Below, in pieces: positions 50,801 through 60,000 of a DNA stretch of 60,000 nucleotides. The DNA comes from Lama guanicoe. Its lineage: Eukaryota. The notes below the pieces were generated by a model, which saw only the letters and a program-made list of their open reading frames with translations, had not been told where the DNA came from and made no database searches. A program made the position numbers and the translations under genes. The stretch's first letter is position 1. Each line of letters opens with the position of its first letter. Location of the stretch: the NCBI GenBank assembly GCA_013239625.1, contig MU053216.1, positions 684,001 through 744,000 on the forward strand, in the 5' to 3' direction.

Positions 50801-53800
50801 GCCACGCGCCGGGGGTGGGGGCGCACCGATGAGGAAGTCGGAGGTGCTGTGCTTCTCCAGGAAGGTGTGCAGGTGGTACCACAGCTTGGGCACCCAGTCC
50901 AGCACCCGCAGCAGCTCCTCCCTGTTGGCGTTGGCGTCGCTGTCCGACTCTAGCAGCTTCCTCCTCAGGTAGCGCACTAGGAAGCCGTTGGCGGGCTCCA
51001 CGTTGTTGGAGAAGGTCAGCATCCTGCAGCAGGCGTGCGGAGTGGGTGGGGGTGCGGGCCCGGGTCTCCTCCCTCCTCCCACAGACGCCTTGTCCCCCCC
51101 GGTTGTGGGGCCAGCTGAACTCCGGCTGCAGCCCTGGGCGGGCAGCGCTGACTCTCAGATCCTGACCCTCCTCAGGTAACCCTCTGACCCCCCCGAGAGG
51201 ACAAGGATGTGCGGGCAGAGGCCCCGGACCTCAGCAACCTGCCGCCCCTCCCAGCCCTCTCCTGGTCTCGAGGGCCCTCCCCCTGCAGTGAGCAGCAGAC
51301 ACACCGACCCCTCCAGCCCACAGGGCTCTGGCTACTCTCTCTCCAGCCAGGTCCTGGATTGGGCTGGTTCACAGACTTGGGGGGGGGGTCAGGAGGCTCA
51401 TCCAGGGTCACAGGTCTTACCTGAAGCTCAGGTGCAAGCCGTGATTGGGTGTCATTTTTACAGGCTGATTCGTGGTACCTATAATATAGGGGCTGTGGGA
51501 AGACAGAGGCTTGTTTGAGCACTGCCTTCTGCCATGTTCCCCCGGCCCCCAGGGGAAGCCCGCAGATGAGGCTGGACGGGGCTCTCCTGCCCCTGCCCCA
51601 GAAGATCTCGGCCTGATGCCGGCTTACCACTTGTGATACTTGCAGGTAAGGGCCCCGTTGACCAGCTCACTGATGGAGCCCGCCTCGCTCAGGTCATCCA
51701 GGAGGATCACCAGGGGCACGTCCCCGACCCCCGTGTCCCGGTCGAGCTGGTTGGCCAGGTTGGAGAGGTACAGCTGCAGGTCCTGGAGTGAGAGGGGCGG
51801 GCTGAGCGCGCAGGAGCAGTGTGCGCCACACCCGCCCTGAGAGGAAGGGTTCTGTAGAAGCCGCGCTGGCCCTGGGTCCCCTGGGGCCTGCCTGGCACAC
51901 TGGGACGCACGACTGCAGGAGCAGTGGCCTCTGCAGTGGCCTTAGGGCCCGAGGTAGCCTCCTTAAGCAGCATCCCCCAAATTCTCCAAGGGTGGGGGAC
52001 ACGCGCTTTTCCTGAATGGATTCTCACTGTGGGTTCCATGGACCACCCTGGATGGACACGCCTCCCGGGGCGGGGGCGAGGGGGTGCGGGCCTGAAGCCA
52101 CCGCACAGTGTGTGGGTGAGCTCGGGGGGACGAGGCACAGGCGGCACAAGGCGGGACACTCAGTTCTGAGTGCCTCCCCCTACAAATCCCCCAAGTGGAG
52201 AGGAATCCTGGAAAGAACGGCGAGGGACAAAATTGAAAGAGAAGGGGGCACTGACAAGGTGGGCAGAGGGTGTGCTGAGAGCGAGCGGCACGGTCTGGAC
52301 AGCGGTCACTGCAGGGATGGGGCCGGAGGCACGGGGTGCGTGCAGAACCAAGGGAAGACAGACGAGGCCACGGCAGGGGGCACGGCAGGGAGGTTGCGGC
52401 AGAGGCGAGGCGAGGGCGAGGGGCGGCAGGAGGGGTGCGGCCACCTTGCAGGACTGCTGGTGCATGTTGAAGGTGCTGACGATGCCCTCGGTGACCTCGC
52501 GGCCTGAGCGCTCCACCAGGTACTCGGCCAAGCGGTTGGTCAGGTAGGTCTTGCCAGTCCCGCTGGGGCCGGAGAGGACGAGGCGCCGGTGCTTGAGCAG
52601 GAGGCCGATGTAGTGCTGCATCATGGGCTTGGGGATGAGCGTCTCGAACACCAGGCTGTCCACGCACTTCTCCTTCAGACCTGAGCCCCGGAGAGTGTGA
52701 GCCCAGGCCAGGGCCCCAGGGCTGTCCCTCCCACCCAGGGGCCCTCGGGGGTCCCCAGGCCCCGCTCTGGAAACGAGGGGCAGGCTGTGAGTGTGGGCAT
52801 GGGCGGAGGGGACGCCCAGGCTGGGCAGAAACGCCCCTGTGAATAACTGTCCCGGAGCAAGCCAGGGCTGGTCTCACTCATCGTCTGTCTCCCAGTGACC
52901 TTCACACTGTGGCTTTGAACCCGTTCTTGGTGAACGAACGCGATGGACCGTCTCACTGTCCTCCCGCCCCCATCTCGGCACCCAGAGGTGAGGACTGACC
53001 TTTGAGGGAGACAGCTATGTTGTTGACCCCTCGGCGGCAGGGGGGCAGCTCTGGGGGCTCCGTGTCCAGGAGGCGCTTCACGTGGCTGACACTGTAGCCA
53101 TGGATGGACTCGGTGCTCAGGCCCAGCGTGGAGGCCGGGTCCATCTTAGAGATGTAGTCCTGCCGGGGAGGAGGGAGAAGAGGGAGCCGGTGGAGACAGC
53201 CTCCAAGAGGATGCACTCACCCCCGCGGAGGCCCCGAGGAGGCCGGTGCTGGAGGGAGCGGAAGCGGGTGGAGGCGGGAGGCGGGAGGTGTGTCGGAGAC
53301 TCAGGGTTCTCCAGGCTTCTCCAGAGAGCCCGGAGCCCACAGGGGATGAGCAGCCTCTGCGAGGCGCGCTGTTACCTGGAACACCTGGAAGACGGCTTCG
53401 TCCAGCATCTTCCAGTCGACCTTCCCGCTGACCTTGCTGCACCCCAGGAAGAACTCCTGCTGCTTCAAGTCCTGTGAGGCCAAGGCAGATGCGGTGAGCC
53501 CGGGGCAGACGCCTCCAAGGAAGGGAGAGCCGAGGGCTGGAGTGGGTTGTCTGGGGGGGCCTGGGAGCCAGACTCCTGGGTGAGGACGGCAGCGTCACCG
53601 CGCCCGAGCTGCTTACCCCTTTGATGATGTGCTGGGGCGGCATCCTCACCACCACACGCAGACTCACATCCTCCCGCGGACCGCCAGTGCTGACGCCATC
53701 CATGGGTGACAGGTCTGTGGGGGGACGCTGGTTTCAGGGGTGCCCACAGGCTTCCCTACACCTCCCTGCCGCTGTCCTTTCCAGACAAGTCCCATTTACC

Positions 53801-56800
53801 ACGAAGGAAAAACAGGGCCCAAACCTGAACAGCGGTTACGGGACAAGGACCACAGCTGGTCTTGGTGTCTCAGGGCCCCGGCATCGGCCTGGGGCGACCC
53901 TGTTACCCTCCGACCCGAGGAAGACGCCCCTGAGCAGTGGGAGGCGAGCCTCTTCCCTTTCTCTCCCCAACCAGGCCCTTCTCCCAACAGGTACCTGCGT
54001 CTGCGAGACTCGGGCCAAAGGGATGGGTGAGCGCGAGGCCCAGGGAGCGGCGAGGGGACAGCAGGACAGATGACCCCGGGACCTGCCCCGGAGTGGAGCC
54101 CGCCGGGGGACCGGGGGCGACCTTTAGCCGGTCATTCTCAGCCTTCAGCAGGTCTACCTCCAGCTGTGGCGAGAAAGGCAGGGAAGTTCCGTGGGATGGA
54201 GCCGGTCTGGACCCCAGCTGCCCTGCCCGTGCCCCCCCCCCCGCCCAGATGCACCCGCCCGCGCCCCGCCCCGGCGTCCCCCGCCCCCACCCCCGCCCCC
54301 AATCCCGCCCCTGATGCCCCCCACCCCGCCCAGACGCCCACCTGCATGTTGTGCATGGTCTCCCGCAGCTGGTCCAGCTGGTGGGCAGAGTTGAGGGCCT
54401 CCAGGCGGATGTCTGTGAGCTTCATCTCCTTCTCCCACAGCTCGGAGCGCAGCTCCGAGACCTCCTTCTTCTCTGGCTCCCCCTCCTCGCTGGTGTGGAA
54501 CAGCCGGGCGTGGGGGGCCGGGTGAGCAGGGCCCCTGGAAGGAAGGGAGACTCAGGCCAGTGGTGCGGCACGTGCGGGGCGTCGGACGCTGAGGCCCGCG
54601 GGTGCGGCGGGCGGGGGGCGGCGGGCGGAGCACCTACTCGGGGGCCTCGGTGCCCGCGGAGGACGAGGCGGAGGACTTGATGGAGGGCGAGGCGGTCTCA
54701 GTGGACGCGTGCTGCAGTTTAGGGGATGAAGGGGCCGAGGAGTCGGGTGTGGCGATCTCCTCGATGTCCGAGTATGAGGATGCCGACTTGGGTCCCTTCT
54801 TTATGCTGAAGGCTTTGTTGAAGGAGCTTCGGAGCTGGAAGAAAGCAGATTCCGGGAAAGCCGTCAGGCTCCGCTCCAGAGACGGGAGGCAGTGGGGGCT
54901 TCTGAGACGGAAGTGCAGAGCAGGTGTTTGCTCCACAACCAAGCCTCCCTCTCTAAGCTCCACCCGACACGGAACATGGACAGGGGACTCGCCTAGAAGT
55001 TCGGGCGCAGAGAGCCTAGAGACCCTGGCTTGCTGCTGTCGCGCTAGGAACTCCTTGGGCGTTCCCTCCCCCAGGACAGAGGGGAGCCCCCAGGGCACGG
55101 GGCGTGCCTGCAGGCGACCGGATCCCGGCTCCTCACCAGCACCTGTCCAGTCTGGGGCCCAGCTCTCTTTGGCCTCAGGACCCTTCTCTGACCAGGGCTC
55201 AGATCAGAATGTCTCCACCCACCCCCCAGAACTGACAGTATGACCGAGGGACCCACAGAAGGGAGTGGAGTCAGGTTCCTGTTAGAGCCTCTGGTGCCCA
55301 GCACATCACAGAAGGCGGAAAACAGCCAGATTCAAGTGCTTTTGACTCTGCTCGATCATCCCAGAGTAAGGGCCACTTCCCAGGACCTCCTCAAAGTCCG
55401 TGGGAGCTGTGATCTGACCGCCACCCGCTCGCTCCTGGTGCCGACGAGCCTGGTGTTGGGGACGTGAGCTGCAAGCCTGGGTTCTGCCCACTCCGGTCAC
55501 ACGTGTCCACACAGCATGCACACACACAGCCCTCACTGGTCACGTGCGTCCACACAGCATGCACACACACAGCCCTCACTGGTCACGTGCGTCCACACAG
55601 CATGCACACACACAGCCCTCACTGGTCGCGTGCGTCCACACAGCATGCACACACACAGCCCTCACTGGTCGCGTGCGTCCACACAGCATGCACACACACG
55701 CAGGGACAGAGATGGAACGGCAGCCGGGGGCAGAGAGTAAAGGCGGGGTCCAAGGTGATTGGGACACAGTGAAGCAGACCTTGGAGACGCTGAGGGAGAG
55801 GCGGGAAACCTGAGGGTGCTCCTCCCCAGTGTCCGCTGGAGCACAGGGCCCCAGGGAGCAGCTGGCCTGCAGCGGGGGGTGCCGGGGCCTCTAGCAGGCA
55901 GGACACGAGGCAGGCCCACCTGGCTGCGCAGGGAGGGAGGGAGTACGTGTGGGGAGAGGTCAGCATCGAGTGGTCGCGGCTCTCATCTGCAGAGATGAGA
56001 CCTGGCACTAGAACTCAGGCGTCCTCATCTTCAACCTGATGAAGCCTTCTCCATCCGCTGCCTCTGTGTTTGCGTGTGTGTGTGAGTGCCCGTACACACG
56101 TGCACATGTGTTTGAGTGTTTCTGTGTGAGTGCATGTGTCCGAGAGCGTGCATGCACATGCGCACAGGCGGGACCAGGTCCTGTGACCGCACCCTGCCTG
56201 GAGCTCCAGCCTCTAAGGTCCCCAGGGTCCCATGTGGGAACAGTGCCCTGCAGCGTGTGGTCCCGTGTTCCCTGTGCCGAGTGGCTCTGACACTTCCTAG
56301 GGTGGTGTCACGTGGGGAAGGGTTCTGTGGTCAAACGAATTCTGGAAACAGTGGGTCAAGCAAATGGAAGCCAGACCCTGTCCTGAGGGACATCCCGAAC
56401 TTGTGGGTGCCATGCAGACGGGGCAGCTCTCCTCGAATCTGGGCATGTTGGTGGGTGGTGGGAGTTCACTCCAGGAAGTGCTGACCAGAGACTCAGGTTT
56501 AATAATGACCCTGCATCTCAGGTCCTTGCTCTCCAGGCCCCTGCAGTCAGGGCTCCAGCGACACTGGCCTCTCCCCGCCCCGCTGGCTGGTCTGAGCGGG
56601 GCACACCCCTACCCTCCTCTCCCACAAGCCCACCTCAGTTTAGCTTCCACCCCTATGGCCCTTCCCCTGCCTTCTGGAAGGAGCCTGGCTGTAGCACCGT
56701 GCGCTCCAAACGAATTAAGCATTTCTGCACCATTGGATTGTGGTGGTTATGGTCAGTTTTACATGAACAGTCTTGTTCTTTGTCCCTGGCAACTCTGCAG

Positions 56801-58155
56801 GCTCCGAGGCCACAGACTCAGTGTTTCCTGTCCTTACCACACCCACCACGATGTCAGGAGAGGGTCAGCATGGACTGGGCAAGTCTGCTTGCAGCAGAAA
56901 TTCTGGGTTCACTTTCTCTTAGACGTTTACACCCTAATCCCTTGATGTCTCTGGAAACCCCGTGAATGCTCAGAGGGCTTCAGGTTGTAGGGTGACTTGA
57001 GGTCACACCCCTCACCCATCTCTGGTTCATCTTACTCCAGAGCTGACTCTTCAGGCTGGACCCAAACTGCCCTGCCCTGGACAGGCGTGATCAAGGTAAC
57101 GTCGCCCGGGAGTCTCCTCCAGCTGGGCTGTCTCGGGTCTGCCGGGGTGAAAGCTGGGGGCTCTGACTGACTGCTCGGCAATAGGCGGGCTTCGCCGCAG
57201 GGGAGAGGCAGCAGGAGGCCGACGGGGGTTTGCCCGCCGTGGCCACCTGGCCCCTGCCAGGCCACTCCTGGCCCTGTGGGGCAGCCGCGGGAGGACACGC
57301 AGGGGGTGAGTCAGGGACCCTGTGGTGGCCGTCACGGCTAGTTTCCTGAGTGGCTGCTCTGTTTTTAGGGGAAGGAGTGGCTCTGGAGGTAGGGAGGGTA
57401 TGGCAAAGGGAAAGAAGACAGGGAGAGGTATGCGCGTCTTACCTCGTAGACCTGGAAAAAATAGGGATTTGAAGTCAGCATTTGGAAGGGGAAAAAAAAA
57501 AAGAAGAAGCAACACTTAATCACTCATTTCACATGGCTGGCCCCATCTGTGCTAACAGGGTGTGTGGGCAGCCCCCTGAGCAGGGGGCTGAGGCTGACGG
57601 GGCCCCCGGGGCTCCTCTCGCCAACACGGGCAGCCGAGGAGCCAGAGGAGTCTTCTCCCGGCCTCGAGTTTCAGAAAGGTCATCCAAAGTCAGAAACAAA
57701 CAACACGACGGCTATCTCTGGACCGAAGGCAATCTAACGTTCCCTGTGAAGCAACCTGGGAAGTTCTGCAAATACCTCTCCCCAAAGTGGGCGGACTGGC
57801 CTCCAGGACCACCCAGAACGAGTGGGTCTGCTCATAACATCCTCTCCCCACAGTGGTGGGGGGGGCCTGGTGGGACGGTCCCTTCTGAGGGTTTCCCTCT
57901 GTTGCCAATGACTCGCCCGGGCGCCCCAGAAGGCAGGTGCTCGTGGGGCTGGAGGGGCGGCTGGGGGCCAACACCCACCCGGCACCGTGTGGGGCGGGGC
58001 TCCCCCCAGGACCGCGCGCCCCCCCCCACCTACCCAGCTCTTCTTCTTCTTCTTCTTCGCGTCAGCATCCTTGCCGCTGCCGATGCTGGAGTGGCTGGTG
58101 ATGCTGTTGAGGCTGGAGATGCTGTCGGAGGAGTTCTGCCTCTTGATCCGGAGTT
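47707..58155 (-). CDS. NAV1: Neuron navigator 1, 3' part of the spliced CDS (5' end lies beyond the window)
   Basis: Exons 58155-58034, 57451-57443, 54834-54638, 54534-54342, 54163-53995, 53714-53617, 53471-53376, 53159-53000, 52680-52445, 51782-51628, 51492-51421, 51023-50827, 50484-50366, 49299-49102, 47802-47707 splice in phase. Encodes ELRIKRQNSSDSISS..., a coiled coil, AAA+ Walker A GPSGTGKT, Walker B VILLDD, and the C-terminus ...LDPNLQATL*. NAV1-IPO9 adjacency matches known mammalian synteny. Confidence 0.95.
49102..49299 (-). CDS. NAV1: NAV1 exon
   Basis: VHGQKAAWEDPVEWVRDTLPWPSAQQ...LDSDPL. Confidence 0.94.
49925..50085. mobile_element. MIR-like fragment
   Basis: TTTTCACATTATTTCATTT...TATTACCTCCTTTTTAC...GGTAACTTGGCCCAAGTAACA resembles the MIR core. 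Confidence 0.5.
50366..50484 (-). CDS. NAV1: NAV1 exon
   Basis: GPCFFLSCPIGIEDFRTWFIDLWNNSIIPYLQEGAKDGIK. Confidence 0.94.
50827..51023 (-). CDS. NAV1: NAV1 exon
   Basis: MLTFSNNVEPANGFLVRYLRRKL...HSTSDFLI. Confidence 0.94.
51421..51492 (-). CDS. NAV1: NAV1 exon
   Basis: PYIIGTTNQPVKMTPNHGLHLSFR. Confidence 0.93.
51628..51782 (-). CDS. NAV1: NAV1 exon with Walker B motif
   Basis: DLQLYLSNLANQLDRDTG...PLVILLDDLSEAGS...KYHKC. Confidence 0.94.
52445..52680 (-). CDS. NAV1: NAV1 exon with AAA+ Walker A motif
   Basis: GLKEKCVDSLVFETLIPKP...LVLSGPSGTGKTYL...HQQSCK. Confidence 0.95.
53000..53159 (-). CDS. NAV1: NAV1 exon
   Basis: DYISKMDPASTLGLSTESIHGY...NNIAVSLK. Confidence 0.94.
53376..53471 (-). 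CDS. NAV1: NAV1 exon
   Basis: DLKQQEFFLGCSKVSGKVDWKMLDEAVFQVFQ. Confidence 0.94.
53617..53714 (-). CDS. NAV1: NAV1 exon
   Basis: DLSPMDGVSTGGPREDVSLRVVVRMPPQHIIKG. Confidence 0.93.
53995..54163 (-). CDS. NAV1: NAV1 exon
   Basis: LEVDLLKAENDRLKVAPG...PSLADA. Confidence 0.92.
54342..54534 (-). CDS. NAV1: NAV1 exon (coiled coil)
   Basis: GPAHPAPHARLF...SELWEKEMKLTDIRLEALNSAHQLDQLRETMHNMQ. Confidence 0.93.
54638..54834 (-). CDS. NAV1: NAV1 exon
   Basis: LRSSFNKAFSIKKGPKSASSYSDIEEIATPDSS...GTEAPE. Confidence 0.93.
55495..55699. repeat. Minisatellite, ~5 copies of a 43-bp unit
   Basis: Unit CACTGGTC(A/G)CGTGCGTCCACACAGCATGCACACACACAGCCCT; AGCATG recurs at 55513, 55556, 55599, 55642 and 55685 (exact period 43). 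Confidence 0.95.
57443..57451 (-). CDS. NAV1: NAV1 9-nt microexon (Val-Tyr-Glu)
   Basis: TTTTTTCCAG|GTCTACGAG|GTAAGA; gives KKSW-VYE-LRSSF, phase 0 on both sides. Confidence 0.88.
58034..58155 (-). CDS. NAV1: NAV1 exon
   Basis: ELRIKRQNSSDSISSLNSITSHSSIGSGKDADAKKKKKKSW. Confidence 0.94.
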
Positions 58156-59904
58156 CTAGGGGCCGAGCGGGTGGCGAACAGATATGGGGGCTAAGAGGGG
58201 ACACCCAACTCCATGCCCACTTTCCTCACTTTTTGGATCATTCTTTCCCCAAACATGGATCGCGGGCCAATCGTGTCAACATACAAAGATGCCAGAGGTG
58301 AAAAGTCAGAGAGAAATGATCCCTTGAGAAACACCCTGGTTTTCAAGAAGCTCCCAGTGAAGAAAGAGAGAAAGATGAACTCAGCACGGGCAGGTGTGTC
58401 CCTGTCTGGGGAACGCAGAGCTGTTCCCTCCCGGCCTCAGGACTTTCTCAGCAAGACTTGACTGCCCGGGGGTCCAGCCGAGTGTCCGGCGTTTAACCTC
58501 AGTGAGCTCTAGGTTCCTCACCTGACTGGCAGAGAACCTCCCTAGCGCTCCAAGGAGGCCTGCAATGGCACGAGAACGAGCCCCTTCTCTGAAGGAGAGG
58601 GCCAGAAGGGGAGGGGACGTCTGAGCAGAGGCGCCCCAGGTGGGGACGCTGGGAGACACTAAGGGGACTGTCGAGCAGCACCGCGGAGGCTGCGCAGGGC
58701 GCCAGCCCTCGGGACCCAAACCGGAGCCGGAGGAGCGGGTGCCCTGGGCCCCAGGCGCAGTGGGGCGGAGGCTGGACACCAGGCGTGGGCCGGGGGTGCC
58801 GGGAGGAGGCGGCTGTGTGTCGCAGGGAACGGGCACGGAGAGTCTCAGCAGGGACATAATAGGATCAGATTTTAAAACCTCATTTTGAAGTCACTAATGG
58901 GGAAGCAGCGGACAGGGAGGTTCCCACCCCTGTGACCTGGTCTCCGCAGGGCCAGCAGCTCATGGGACTGCAGACGGTCCGGAGACTCGGGCCCCAGAGA
59001 GCCCCCTGCGTGAGCACGAGGACCGAGCGGGGGCCGGAGCAGCGGGGGGCGAGGCACAGGGCTGTTGGCGGGGGGACGCGGGCCAGCCTCGGCTCTTTTC
59101 TCTCCCTGACCAGAACTGGGCCTTTAAACTCCAGTTTTCCCCTGTACTGCAGGCTCCTCGGCTCTCACGTCGGAAATACCGAGCCCCCAAGGCTCGTAGA
59201 AAACCCTTCGTTCAGCGACCGGCAGGCCAGGCCGACGCCCCTGCAGAGCACCCCGCCTACTCAAGGTGCACAGAATTCCCCAGAGCACAGGCTGGGCCGA
59301 AGTGAAGAGGTTTTCGTTGGTATAAAACTGGATGTGTGTGTCTGTATGCATTTGTTTATATATGCACAGAAAATTGTTTCTGGGAGGTGTGCAGAAAACT
59401 GTTTAACAGTCACGACCACTGGGGCGTGGGACTTGGAGGGGCTCAGGGAGAGGATTTTATCACATCCCCTTTGTACAGGCTTTGTGTCGTCAGGGGCTGC
59501 CAAGCTTTCACGGCACAGGCCGGGCAGCAAGCAGCTCAGGCTTCGCGGCCGTACGCGCTCCCTCACAGCCGCTGGGCCGGGCGCTCCGACGCAGAGCAGC
59601 CGCGGATAACATGGAGGTTCGTGAGTGTGGCTGTGTGCCAGTAAGACTGCTTAAAAGCAGGCAGTAGAAAGAAAAACAAAGCACAGGTGGCAAACCAGAC
59701 CTGGCCAGTGGGGGCACCCTTAGTTCACATCTTCCTCCAGGACGAGCACTGCTTTTGTAATAAAATGAATTTAATTAAGTTAGTCAAGTAAAAACAAAGC
59801 AAAGGCTAGCAAGCAAGTGGGTGCACCTGTCCAGCACCAGCTACGTGGAGGGTCCGGGGACCTGTGCGCCTGTCGACGAGAAGCTGATAATCTGCTATGT
59901 GTCG

Positions 59905-60000
59905 GGGGGGGCCTTGCTCAGTGGTGGAGCACGGGCGTAGCATGCACGAAGTCCTGAGTTCAATCCCCAGCACCTCCATTAAAAATGAATTAATAAACCT
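59905..60000 (+). mobile_element. tRNA-derived SINE (cut off by the window end)
   Basis: GCTCAGTGGTGGAGCACG...TGAGTTCAATCCCCAGCACCTCCATTAAAAATGAA. Confidence 0.8.

Noticed and set aside
52445..52680. GPSGTGKT P-loop resembling bacterial McrB-like or dynein-related AAA+ domains
   Set aside because: It is the known AAA+ domain of neuron navigators, split by normal introns; no sign of horizontal transfer.
55495..55699. Direct-repeat array considered as a CRISPR array
   Set aside because: Head-to-tail units with no unique spacers, in a mammalian intron with no cas genes; it is a minisatellite.
58156..60000. Search for the next upstream NAV1 exon, and the 225-aa plus-strand ORF at 58932-59609
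   Set aside because: No NAV1-like peptide with splice sites was found, so the region is treated as intron; the ORF is unrecognisable.

Overview
Mammalian genomic DNA, probably camelid (inferred from six tRNA-Ala-derived SINE copies resembling the Vic-1 family). It holds two tandem minus-strand genes. (1) The complete importin-9 gene IPO9: 24 coding exons from ATG 40024 to TAA 2459, manually spliced to 3126 nt (1041 aa), all phases consistent, with a CpG-island promoter and one U12-type AT-AC intron (21466-21646). (2) The 3' part of neuron navigator 1 (NAV1): 15 coding exons from 58155 to TGA 47707, including a 9-nt VYE microexon and the AAA+ P-loop, then a ~6.2 kb 3' UTR ending about 1.4 kb upstream of IPO9. 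Introns carry decayed L1s, hAT-type DNA transposon relics, a MIR and a 43-bp VNTR. Most entries in the ORF track are chance GC-rich or antisense frames. I cannot support a wholly new biological system. The best leads are a VNTR that multiplies RBFOX (UGCAUG) sites downstream of the NAV1 microexon, an AT-to-GC substitution bias affecting repeats and apparently the IPO9 protein (suggesting GC-biased gene conversion), a candidate IPO9 poison exon, and a G-run-expanded NAV1 intron. Comparisons with human sequences and repeat consensuses are from memory and need alignment.
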